From Eledone cirrhosa (lineage: Eukaryota): a DNA stretch of 64,000 nt. The notes under the pieces were generated by a model. The model saw only the letters and a program-made list of their open reading frames with translations, did not search any database and was not told where the DNA came from. Both the position numbers and the translations under genes were made by a program. Location of the stretch: assembly GCA_964016885.1 (NCBI GenBank), contig OZ024742.1:151156001-151220000 (forward strand), written 5' to 3'. This document shows, piece after piece, positions 13,279 through 26,603 of the stretch. Position 1 is the stretch's first letter, and each line of letters begins with the position of its first letter.

Positions 13279-14320
13279 TGTATTTATATGTATGGGTATA
13301 TGTTTTACTTGTTTTTATGTATATACATACAAACAGGTTAAAATGCGTGAGGTTAAGTATGTGTATGTGTGTGTGTGTACGTATGTATGTATCGAACGTA
13401 TGGATGTGTAAATGTGCGTATGTATATAAGCATGTATATTTTATGTCTCTCTTTTATGTTTTTTTATATTTCTTTTGTGAGACATTCGCGTCTGTGTATG
13501 TACGTAACCCCCCCCCTTATTTTTTGTTCCCCCGCTTTTAAGTTTTTTCCTTCTATAACATTTTTTTTTTATTTCTAACTTTATAGATACATTTTTATAA
13601 ATATGCCGAGTTTGACACGTTCCTTTAATTACTTACTCCCTTACCTCCTTTAATTCTGCATCTAAGTGTAAGTGTGTGTGTGGGCGTGTTTATGTGAGCG
13701 CCTCAATATCCATATAGTTATAATAATAATATATACGTATGTGTGTGTGTGTGTGTGTGTATATGAGTTCGTATGTATGTGTGTGTTTATGTATATATGC
13801 GTGTGTGTATATGCATGTATGTATATGTGTGTATATATGTATGTATATATATATATATATGTATATGTATGTATATTTTGTCTGTGGATTATAAACATAC
13901 AGATACATTAGCCCTAAATTTTTATATTTACATACACTTTTTCGACATGCGTATGCATATGAACATACATTTTTATGCATATCTGTGAACGAATTTACTT
14001 ACATATATACACACACCTAACTGTATTTTCTTGATGAATTTTTATGTATTTCATTGGTCTATTTAAAATCTGTTCCCAAACAGACCTGTAATTTTGAATT
14101 GTTATTATTATCAATAAATATACTTCATTATTTCTGAAGACAGCATATATATGTGAAGGTATGTATATTCTCTTTGATAGTTTGTATAATTTTGTACATA
14201 GATCTTTTGAATATGCATGCCAATTCTAACACATATATGTCCTAGAAACGATCGTAAAATAATGAACTTTTTTTGTTTAATATAAGGAACTGTTTCTTTG
14301 TTTTAATCATTATTTTTTTA
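12810..14320 (+). mobile_element. PLE 3' UTR/pLTR fragment related to the element 1 3' UTR, ending in an HHR
   Basis: 13325-13510 aligns to the reverse complement of about 1830-1990 (aaacagg...gtatcgaacgtatgga...ttcttttgtgagaca); HHR at 14124-14266. Confidence 0.65.
14124..14266 (+). ncRNA. Type I hammerhead ribozyme with long stem II
   Basis: ttcattattt-CTGAAGA-...-GAAA-cgatcg-TA-aaataatgaa; perfect 10-bp stem I and palindromic stem III. Confidence 0.8.
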
Positions 14321-14350
14321 ATATTTTATATATATATACGTATATATATG

Positions 14351-14392
<42 letters not shown>

Positions 14393-14406
14393 TGTGTATG
14401 CGTATG

Positions 14407-14506
<100 letters not shown>

Positions 14507-14649
14507 TATATGTATATATACATGTAAAGTTATATTTAAAATTGTTGGGTTACAACTAGTAAATATTTATAACTGATATAAAAGCACTCGACAAATACTT
14601 GGAGTATATTTACAATATTAAATAAATGGAAAACTATATTTATAAAACC

Positions 14650-14726
14650 ATATTTATTTCATTATATATATTTCGGGGATATCATATTAACAATATGCTA
14701 TGCCTTCATCAGACAAAATACAATAT
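14650..14726 (-). ncRNA. Type I hammerhead ribozyme
   Basis: Minus strand reads atattgtattttgt-CTGATGA-aggcat...atcccc-GAAA-tatata-TA-atgaaataaata; closely similar to the 12651 motif. Confidence 0.8.
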
Positions 14727-15083
14727 AAACAGTTTTATAGATAAATATATTCGACATACCGTAATAAACATCAACTTCATTTGAAGAGGTTCACTCTAGC
14801 AGTGAAAATACAGAGAGAAAGAAAGAGAGAGAGAAAAGAGGGAAATAAGAAAGAAAGAAAGACGAAACGAAGAAAAGGAAGAAAAAGAAGAAAAAGAAGA
14901 AATGCATGGGACAAAATAGAGAGATGGAAAAATAGATAAAGCGAAGAGCTTCATGTAAAGAGACCGAAAGAGATATATATATATATATAGAGAGAGGAAA
15001 TAGAGATAGATACATATATAAATATAGATATAGAAAAATTAGGTAGTGGGAGGTCATTTTGAGTAAGTGTATCAATGATGCAT

Positions 15084-15118
<35 letters not shown>

Positions 15119-16322
15119 GCTCAAGTATTAATGTAAGGGAGATATAGAGAGATATAGAGAGATATATAGAGAGAAAAATTTAAAAATAGCCAGACATATT
15201 CGAGGCGTAGAAAACCCTATGTTTTAATGTATTAGTATTTATAAAACTTACACTATATTGTAAATATCAGTATTCCTGAATGAAACAAGTATTCACAATG
15301 CGTGAAAATTCATTATCTTATGTTTAGTTTTTTAAAAAAATTCATATGTCTATGTGAATCCAACTGATTCACTCCGCAAATTCAAAGTTACCGGAAAACA
15401 TTCTCAATGTGGTATAAACATTTGAGCGTATTATTATTCTTGCGATTACTCTACAAGATTATCTATCAAGCAGAAATAGAGAGCAGATTTCAATATACTA
15501 ATCGAAAATATATATTATATTATAAGCAGAGATAACAATAATAATGATAATAAGTAAAAATATATAAAAATATAAAAATATAGAATAGAAAACTAAAAAA
15601 GAATATTACGAAAGAATATTACATAATAAAAATATTGCATATTAAAAATACTACGTATTAAAAATATTACGTATTAAAACTTTACATATAAAAATATAAA
15701 AAAATATTAAAAATATTAAAAATAATTAAAAATAAAAAAAAAAAAATAAATAAATAAATAAATAAATAAAAAAAAAAAAATTTACATATAAAAATATTAA
15801 AAATAAAAATAAAATAAAATAAAAAATAAAAATATAAAAATATTATAGAATACTACAATACTAAAAGAATAAAAATAAAAATAAAAATAAAAATAAAAAT
15901 AAAAATAAAAATAAAAATAAAAATAAAAATAAAAATGAAAATAAAAAATAAACCACAAAGAACAACCCTTCAAGGTTAATTGACAATATATTGCCAAGTT
16001 CACTACAAGACAAAGCCAAAAATTATCTATCAAATCACATCTAGCAAGGAATATCGCAAAAAAAAGATTATGATGTCCAATAATGTCTACATATGTTCCT
16101 ATATTTAATATATAAGTTTATCAAGTGTAAGGTTAATTCATAAAATTTGGAGCATCGGCTTTTAGGGTAGCTTAATTTTTCATGAGGAATGTTTAGATAA
16201 AAATAAAAATAAAAATAAAAATAAATACAATAAAATAAACAGTAAAAAGAGGGAATCAAAGATTTAGGAATCAAAAGATTTATCGGCTAGTTCTCATATA
16301 AATATAAATCAAACTAAATATA

Positions 16323-18522
16323 CTACATTTTAAATTTAAATTTATATTTAAACGTTGAGTTTAATCTATGTTTGCAACAACTGAATAAATTTGTCCGTAG
16401 GTTAAGGGAATTTTTAGATTTTAGTATAAAGAATATCTCCTCTGCGCAGAGGTCACATGTCTCAGAGGATGAATTAAAAGGAATCCCTCTTGAGACTATA
16501 TTCCAAGCCGTCGAATATCTAACGTTATCTAGCTTAAGTTGCCAGAGTACACCTGATAGTGCCGTTGAAGATTTTTTATTTGGATCTGTGAAAGAATTCT
16601 TGTGGTTATTATAGCGAAGTTTAAATTCCGTCGATGTGGAACCGACGTAGTTAAAAGAATTAGAGTCAGTATTAACATTACAATTGTATACTATATTTTT
16701 AACTAAGCAGTTGTTATTTAACGGACATTTAGATCTATCTCTACAGTTACATTTGTTAACTTGTATATTATTTATGCTATTATCAGTAGGTTTTAAGTTC
16801 CTATTATTTATTCTATTAATATTTTGTGCTAAATTTTTGGTGGATGAATAGGTTAATTTAATTGTATGCCTATTGAAGATTGAGTGGTACCTATGTGTTC
16901 TAGGGAAGCGATTATCAAGAGCTTTGAAAAATAATTTAGCGATGTGGGTTTTAATGTTTAGTGAGAAAGGGGGGGCAAACCAAATTATGTTCCTAGTTCT
17001 ATTTCTTTTTTGTCCTTTGGAATTATTGTAATGCTTTCTATTATAGTTGTTAATGTTGTTGCCATAATTAAAAAAGTTGTTACTTTGTTTAGTTTGTTTA
17101 TCATTATCTATGTACACAATCTTATCAGCATACCCTGCCCTAGCTAGTGCATCATTATAGTATTGGGCCTTTTCGTCAAAAATCTTTCTATTCGACGAGA
17201 TCCTAGAGATACGCTTTTGGACTGAGTTTACTATAGTGTTTTTGACAGATCTGGGGTGGTTAGAGTTAAAGTTGACATAGTTTAAGTTTTCATTCAACTT
17301 GTGAAAAGGATAGTGGAGACATGTGTTGAGATTTAATGTTATATCTAGGAAATTGACTATTCTATGGTTGTTCTCAATTTCTATTTTAAGGTTAAAGTAA
17401 TTAAAAAATTTTGTAATTTGTTTACATTTTCTATTTAGTTCAGGGTTATTATTATTAATGAGTAAAAGCATGTCATCCCTATATAAACCTCCGGTAGTAC
17501 CAGGTATTTTCCTATGTAGCGAATTGATTAAAAATAAGCCCACAAGGTCAGTTACTTGAGCTGAGTCGGAAGATCCCATAGTTATGTCAAAATTGCTATC
17601 TCTATCTGCTCTGGTCCATAATTTGTCATCAAATTCTATCAAAGTTTTCCTAGCCGATAATATAATATGCATTTCTTTGCTAGTTAGGTCCGTATGTTTG
17701 AATGCGTAATTTAGTGCCTTATTTAGTAGACTAGGGGTAATAGAAGAATAATAGTTAGCTATATCAAGTTGAATAAACCTATTATTATAGTCATATTTAA
17801 TTTGCCTAAACCACTCAACAACCTCTCCAGTTCCCTTCCACAAGCTCAGGTTAGATACATAATCCAAGTTCTTAATTTGCAGTATCACCCTGTCAAGAAT
17901 GTTTTTGCTTAATTTGCCCAGGTCCGATTTTGAAGGTGCGATTAATCTAACTGGCAGGTCAATCTCAAAATTCCTCTTGTGGTCCTTCATATTGATCTTC
18001 GGTTTCCTGGGCACGAAAGGTTGTGTTCTGTTCTCAATTTCCAACTCATGCATTATACAAGATGCTTCAACATTCATTTTCACAAGTTCGGTCTTATCTG
18101 CTACCTTGTATTTTTTCCTCAGCTCTTTCAGTATGAGGCCATTATACATGTCTTTCTGCACTCCATAGAGGTTGTTGGTCTTGTCAGATTTCACCAAGAT
18201 CTTCTCAGTTTTCTCTAAGCTCTCAATGTTATCCTTAATGCCTTTCAGATATTCCTGGCCTTTAAAGTTTCTCTTGAATTTGACCCCTTGTATGATAGAA
18301 ATTATATCGTTTTCAAAGTCAGATAAAAGTTTGTTAGGGGGTGGATTTCTTTTAGATTTGAAAACTTTGTTTAAGTCCGAGATATTTTCGTCTGCATTAA
18401 ATTTATCAAAGTGGAATGCACGCCACCTGATTCTCCTTATAAAAGAGTCAGATTTATCTATTAGTTGTTTTACAAAGTCTTTGTTTCTAGGTAGAGGTAT
18501 GTCTTTTAGAGAGGAAGTAATC
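16323..18522 (-). CDS. PLE RT + GIY-YIG ORF, open throughout but missing the first few codons (5' end lost at the microsatellite)
   Basis: Starts ITSSLKDIP (compare MDYYNITNSTKDIP in element 4); [46 protein letters not shown]. The IY-rich N-terminus of the 975-aa track ORF is microsatellite read-through. Confidence 0.85.
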
Positions 18523-18525
18523 TTA

Positions 18526-18612
18526 TGTATATATATATATGTATGCGTATGTATGTGTATATATATATATATATATACGTATATATATGTATATATATAT
18601 ATGTATATATAC

Positions 18613-18659
<47 letters not shown>

Positions 18660-18955
18660 TATATATATATATATATATATATATACGTATATATATATAT
18701 ATATATATATATACGTATATACGTATATATATATACGTATATAAATATATATATATACGTATATATATATATATACGTATATATATATACGTATATATAT
18801 ATATATATATATACGTATATATATATACGTATATATATATATATATATATACATATACGTATATATATATATACATATACTTATACGTATATATATATAC
18901 GTATATATATATATATACATATACGTATATATATATATATATATATACATATACG

Positions 18956-18989
<34 letters not shown>

Positions 18990-19111
18990 CGTGTTTATAT
19001 ATATACGTATGTATACGTATATACATGTACGTATATGTATATATATATATACGTATATATATATATACGTATATATATATATATATATATATACGTATAT
19101 ATATATATACG

Positions 19112-19142
<31 letters not shown>

Positions 19143-19169
19143 GTACGTATATATATATATATATATACG

Positions 19170-19236
<67 letters not shown>

Positions 19237-19269
19237 GTATATATATACATATATATATATGTATATACG

Positions 19270-19318
<49 letters not shown>

Positions 19319-19348
19319 ACGTATATATATATATATATATATATATAA

Positions 19349-19403
<55 letters not shown>

Positions 19404-19428
19404 TATACATATATATATCTATATATAC

Positions 19429-19463
<35 letters not shown>

Positions 19464-19531
19464 TATACATATATATATATATATACGTATATATATATAT
19501 ATATATATATTAGTATACATATATATATATA
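18526..19531. repeat. (TA)n array interrupted by CG (TATACGTATA) and TTAGTATAC
   Basis: Direct reading; interruptions differ from the AAAC arrays. Confidence 0.95.
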
Positions 19532-19977
19532 TGGTGGCTGCCAACTCGTTTTCGAGTACGGCCACTACTTTATATCCATGTAGGAGAACCCCTACCGATG
19601 CGCTGAACGAATGTGACTTTTTAGTCCAGCCAGCGACTTGAAAACTCTGGTACAAAGACTACACTTGTGACCATTATTGACACATAGTGCAGGGCCCATG
19701 GTACCATGTGATGACAAGTGCAGAGAGATCTCCAGATATAAAGCAATGCCTGTGCTGTGAAGCTTTTATAGTGAGCAAAGGCACTGCACAAAGCCAGTCC
19801 CACTCTCTTAACCAAGATGATATTTACCAAAAAGAAGAACAAGTCAACATCATTGGATACCATCAGGGTTGCAGGTGTTATATCAGAGTTTTCCTTCTCC
19901 TAGAATTCTGCCTTGACAAAGGCTAAGGGGTCATCTCTCCCGGTGATTTTGGATGGCTATTGAGTCTTAAGAGCTCC
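19532..19977 (-). mobile_element. Partial copy of the RTE-derived non-autonomous element at 23351-23960
   Basis: Near-identical to 23351-23793. Confidence 0.75.
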
Positions 19978-20167
19978 CATGTCTATACCCAGGTCTCGTA
20001 TCGATTTATACACGGGGATATCGATCCCTCCTGGTCCTGTGTAGCTGTGTTCCACTATAATATATATATATACATATATATATACGTATATATATATATA
20101 TATATACGTATATATATACATACATATATATTAGTATACATATATATATATATATATACGTATATAT

Positions 20168-20257
<90 letters not shown>

Positions 20258-20307
20258 ATATACGTATATATATATATATATATACGTATATATATATGTA
20301 TATATAT

Positions 20308-21120
20308 ATATTATAGTGGAACACAGCTACACAGGACCAGGAGGGATCGATATCCCCGTGTATAAATCGATACGAGACCTGGGTATAGACATGAGCGATG
20401 ATGCATCTTTTTCTTCACACACCATGAAAGTGGCGACAATGTGCATACGACTAGCTGGCTGGATCTTGAGGACTTTCCGGACAAGAGATCGAGACACCAT
20501 GTTGACACTGTGGAGGACTCTTGTCCTAAGCCGCCTGGACTACTGCTCCCAGTTGTGGTCACCCCATAGTGTCAAACTAACCACGGAGCTTGAGGCAATC
20601 CAGCGAAGCTACACCAAGGGGATTGCCACGATGAAGGAGAGGCTAAAGGGACTGAACCTCTACTCCTTGGAGCGAAGAAGGGAGAGATACGCAGTGATCT
20701 ACATGTGGAAAATCCTGGAGGGACTAGCACCAAAATTTGGCATTGGGAGCTGGACCAACCGTCGAACAGGACGTCACTGTGTGGTGCCAAAGGTCCCGTC
20801 TTTCACATCTAGAATAAGGAGCAGGTATTGCAATAGCCTGGGATTCAAAGGCCCTCAACTCTTCAACAGGCTGCCGAGGCATCTGAGAGACTTGCATGAC
20901 GTGGAGGTGGATGTCTTTAAGAAACATCTCGACACCTTGTTATCCAGGATCCCGGATGAGCCCACAGCAAGACACGAGGGAAACCTAAGGGCAGCAGCAA
21001 CAAACTCCCTCTTACACTAGTGGCCAACCTATACAGGCTGGAGATGTGTAGCAACAAAGGCGATGCCCCAGCATGGCCTCAGCCGGATGGCTGAAACAGG
21101 TAAAAGAGTAAAAGAGAATA
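20308..21120 (+). mobile_element. 3' fragment of a CR1/L2-group LINE (RT C-terminal region plus 3' UTR)
   Basis: ORF 20316-21020 contains [28 protein letters not shown] and [10 protein letters not shown]. 19978-20060 is an inverted copy of its 5' end. Confidence 0.85.
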
Positions 21121-21142
21121 TATAAACATATATATATATATA

Positions 21143-21181
<39 letters not shown>

Positions 21182-21298
21182 ATATATATAAACATATATC
21201 TATAAACATATATATATATATATATATATATATTGTTATATTTGGGGAGGGTCATATTTGCGTAATATTGCCAGAATTAATAGCAGAATTCATCGCCG

Positions 21299-21474
<176 letters not shown>

Positions 21475-21497
21475 ATATATATATATATATATATAAA

Positions 21498-21623
<126 letters not shown>

Positions 21624-21649
21624 TATATATATATATAAACATATATATA

Positions 21650-22873
21650 TATGCAGTTCTCTGGCTACAATCAGAGAGATAGAATCAGAGTGTATAAAGG
21701 AGCCAGAACCAAATGGGAAAAAATGGTAAATAATGACATAAATGGGACCTGCCCCTTGTATAGGAGCAAATTTTGGAATAGAATAGAAAGAACTAAGAAC
21801 AAGGCCAATAGAATAAACTCATGGTATGATAGCAATAAATACCAGAGTGTAATGTTCATCAATACAACCCCTAGAGGCGAACTAGCCTACAAATTTAGAA
21901 GGGCCCTAAAGAAACATAATCTCAATATTAAGATAGTAGAAAGACCTGGTACCTCCGTAAAAACACTTATTAGCAAGACATACCCGTTCCAAAGACCCTC
22001 ATGTATAGATAAGAAATGTATAACCTGTAAAATAAGCCCCCATATTAACTGTAAAACTAGAAATGTAGTATATAGCATAAGATGTACTGAAGGACAATGT
22101 AGAAACAAAAATGTAGTGTACATAGGTGAGACAGCTCGTAGTATAGGAGAACGAATAAATGAACACTGGCGAGACCTCCAAGATAATAAAGAATCATCTG
22201 TGCTCTACCAACATGCTAAGATAGAACACAGGGGTAAATTAGAGAGCATAGAAATAAAAATAGAATCCACACACAAGAAAGACGCAATGTTTAGGCAAAT
22301 TACAGAGGCAGTAAGCATAAAAGAATTAAAACCAAAATTAAATAGAAAATATGAGTGGAACAGCAACATCACAACTTACAATTAAGGACAAAATGAAAAC
22401 ACACACACACATCGAACAAACAACTTACAATTGAAAACACACACAAAATGAAAACACACACAAAATGAAAACACACACACACATAGAACAAACAACCAAC
22501 CAACAATAAATAAATAAATAAACAAACAAATAGAAAAATAGAAAAATGAACACAAACACACACAGACACCCGGATGTGGCGCATGCGCAAACTGAGCACG
22601 CAACCCACACACAAACAAAATGGCGTAGGATAGAAGAAAGGAAAGGCACAGAAACGAAGAAAGAAATCCCCAGTCACTGAAGAGGTCACAGAGTGTGTGA
22701 CGAAAGAACTATGACTATATATATATAAACAACTATCTGGTTGTGGAACCAACCAACCAACCAGAAATTTATAAATTTGTAAATTTATAAATATTTAATA
22801 AATTAAATTGAAGTGAAAGCAACTGGTCCGTGTGTCTCTTATTGGCAACATGACCCTCCCAAAGTATAACAAT
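21650..22873 (+). mobile_element. 5'-truncated PLE of a second (non-Naiad) lineage: linker, GIY-YIG, 3' pLTR with mini-HHR
   Basis: ORF 21651-22385 contains CxxC..CKTRNVVYSIRC...YIGETARSIGERINEH and RQITEA..I...P.LN; homologous to 46400-47420; (TA)n on both sides. Confidence 0.88.
22672..22716 (+). ncRNA. Minimal type I hammerhead ribozyme
   Basis: agtca-CTGAAGA-ggtcaca(gagtg)tgtgac-GAAA-gaac-TA-tgact. Confidence 0.75.
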
Positions 22874-22882
22874 ATATATATA

Positions 22883-23016
<134 letters not shown>

Positions 23017-23083
23017 ATATATATATATATATAAACATATATATATATATATATATAAACATATATATATATATATATATAAA

Positions 23084-23266
<183 letters not shown>

Positions 23267-23350
23267 ATATATATATATATATAAACATATATATATATAT
23301 ATATATAAACATATATATATATATATAAACATATATATATATAAACATAT

Positions 23351-23960
23351 GGTGGCTGCCAACTCGTTTTCGAGTACGGCCACTACTTTATATCCATGTA
23401 GGAGAACCCCTACCGATGCGCTGAATGAGTGTGACTTTTTAGTCCAGCCAGCGACTTGAAAACTCTGGTACAAACACTACACTTGTGACAATTATTGACA
23501 CAGTGCTAGGCCCATGGTACCATGTGACGACAAGTGCAGAGAGATCTCCAGATACAAAGCAATGCCTGTGCCGTGAAGCTTTTATAGTGAGCAAAGGCAC
23601 TGCACAAAGCCAGTCCCACTCTCTTAACCAATATGATATTTACCAAAAAAAAGAACAAGTCAACATCATTGGATACCATCAGAGTTGCAGGTGTTATATC
23701 AGAGTTTTCCTTCTCCTAGAATTCTGCCTTGACAAAGGCTAAGGGGTCATCTCTCCCAGTGATTTTGGATGGCCATTGACTCTTAAGAGCTCCTTTGCCC
23801 TTTGATAGGTTTTGTTTTTAGTCCTGCAGGATGTCCAAAGTCACCCTCCTCACCAAGAAACCTTGGTGGGGTTGCCAGTTTAGTCGCCAACGACCCGACC
23901 ATGAGACAGGTTGTACTGGGATACATGTTACCAGTAGCACCAAGTGGTGACCTGGCATAG
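23351..23960 (-). mobile_element. Bipartite RTE-derived non-autonomous element (RTE-like 5' UTR joined to the 3' terminal C2H2 finger and tail)
   Basis: Minus strand has an RTE 5'UTR-like ggagaaggaaaactctgat, then [22 protein letters not shown], then a terminal hairpin gtggccgtactcg...cgagttggcagccac running into (AT)n. Confidence 0.6.
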
Positions 23961-23968
23961 AATATATA

Positions 23969-24058
<90 letters not shown>

Positions 24059-24062
<4 letters not shown>

Positions 24063-24393
24063 GCGAAGATACTGGGTGGTATGAATGTAACAAGGAGACA
24101 TGGTTTGTGTGTATAATATTTAATCAACAATTTAACAGTATAGTTGACATGTCAATGAAATAGATGAAAGAATGAAGCAAAGTTAGTAGTTACCGTTTTG
24201 ATTGCCAGGCAAACGCAGGCTGGCAGAAGACGCCTGGCGAAGGCCAGGCGCCGGAAGGGCAAATGAGAGAGGGAGAACTTAAAGTTGTTAGTTTTATAGG
24301 GTTCTGACCGGAAGTTACAGAAAGGGTTCTACTTCCCGTCTAGATGTTGTTAATCTATTGGGGTTGTGAGTCACAACAAGGGAGGCCACTTCT

Positions 24394-24396
<3 letters not shown>
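24059..24396 (-). mobile_element. Probable solo LTR (~340 bp)
   Basis: Minus strand starts TGTAGAAG and ends CTTCGCTA(TA), an imperfect short terminal inverted repeat; TATAAAA precedes ATTAAA; embedded in microsatellite. Confidence 0.55.
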
Positions 24397-24490
<94 letters not shown>

Positions 24491-24501
24491 ATATATATAT
24501 A

Positions 24502-25067
<566 letters not shown>

Positions 25068-25082
25068 ATATATATATATATA

Positions 25083-25185
<103 letters not shown>

Positions 25186-25199
25186 ATATATATATATAC

Positions 25200-26007
25200 G
25201 TGGTAACACATTATTGTTATAGGTAGTCGACTTAAGTGTAGTCCAGTGATATCAACGCTTGGCTCAACAAGGCGTTTCCATTGTGATGTTGCGAGTACGC
25301 TGTAATTCCTATGCTGGAGTAATGATAAATCAGGAAAGAAGAGTGACACGGTTTGCTATACAAAACAGGTTTTTAATCTCATTGCTGACAATTGTTTCTC
25401 TGAACTGGTAGGTCTAGAGATCGCTACCCGCTTGTTTTCATGTTATTCGATCACCAATACAAAGTTATAACCAGTCAATTCATCGGAGCTTGTGAGAATG
25501 AAAGGAATATACAGGCATGGCTACTATATATAGTAGTAATGGCATTCAATCAGAACAATAACAACAATACTAACAATGCTAGCCATAAATTATTTGAAAT
25601 AATCACAACATTAATCTAGGTGGGAAATATAGTATATCTACGATTTTAGCGTGTAAACTAGGTGACACGAGGCAGATATATAAAATTGACATGTAAAAGC
25701 TCTCATGGGGTGTATTATATATAGTGTAAAGATAAGCCGGTGGCTTTAAACAATGTAGGTCTCGTGGCCGTAAGAATCATTTATTATCTGACAGATGAAA
25801 AATTTATCACTGTAGTGAGGGTAGTAATATTGTGGTAGTAATTGTGGTGTTAGGTTCAATATTTGTGTGCTCTATATTAGATGAAAGGGTTGTCTAGCTT
25901 TCTCATCATCAATCACATACATGTATAAGACAACATTAACAGAGTAGCAATATAATAGGCAAGTTATTACAGAGGTTAAGGAGGCAATATATATATACAT
26001 ATATATG

Positions 26008-26039
<32 letters not shown>

Positions 26040-26285
26040 AAGAGAAAACATTCTGACTACAATTATAACAGGGGGAAGGTAAAGTTCTGCTGTAGTAGTA
26101 CTTTGAAATGTTCTTGGATTTAGGTTCATTTGTTGAGAGTCAAGGGTGAGGGAGTTATGTTGACAGCTTCTTTGTCAGTGTGGAACAAAAGAGCAACGAT
26201 GGTTGCTAGAGAGTGTACGGCTTAATTCGGGATGTTTGTTTACAAACACACCGAGCATTATAATAAATATTCGGTGAATCCATAC
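25200..26285 (-). mobile_element. PLE 3'-terminal fragment (UTR plus pLTR with HHR), same family as 6610-7155
   Basis: Inverted homology to 6630-7155; HHR at 25377-25497; weak resemblance to a Naiad C-terminus (VNKHPEL...NHR) at about 26190-26260. Confidence 0.62.
25377..25497 (-). ncRNA. HHR motif with variant core CCGATGA and long stem II
   Basis: Minus strand reads tctcacaagct-CCGATGA-attgactgg...ccagttcaga-GAAA-caattg-TC-agcaatgaga; palindromic stem III. Confidence 0.68.
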
Positions 26286-26442
26286 GTACATATATATATA
26301 TATATATATATGTGTGCATGTATGTATATATATATACATACTACTGTACGTCTGTATGCATATATGTATGTACGTATACATACTTATATTTAAGTAAGAG
26401 CCGTACTAAGAGTGAGAAATGAAATTTCGTTTTATTTTTTCT

Positions 26443-26504
<62 letters not shown>

Positions 26505-26536
26505 AGATCAAAAGATGGTTAAAGGAGTTCAATATA

Positions 26537-26603
26537 TTTTATTATGCGCATTTCAAAAACAAACATCATCAAACAATAATATTTGTGTTTTCATCAGATA
26601 AAA
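26537..26603 (-). ncRNA. Type I hammerhead ribozyme (inverted pLTR copy)
   Basis: Reverse complement of the 28685-28751 motif. Confidence 0.8.

Larger units (their letters stand above)
14524..18525 (-). mobile_element. Naiad-type PLE (element 3), near full length, inserted in (TA)n
   Basis: Uninterrupted RT-EN reading frame at 16323-18522; HHR near the 3' end at 14650-14726; (TA)n flanks. Confidence 0.9.

Noticed and set aside
18523-19250. N-terminal ~240 aa of the 975-aa ORF
   Set aside because: Microsatellite read-through; homology with elements 1 and 4 begins at ITSSLKDIP.
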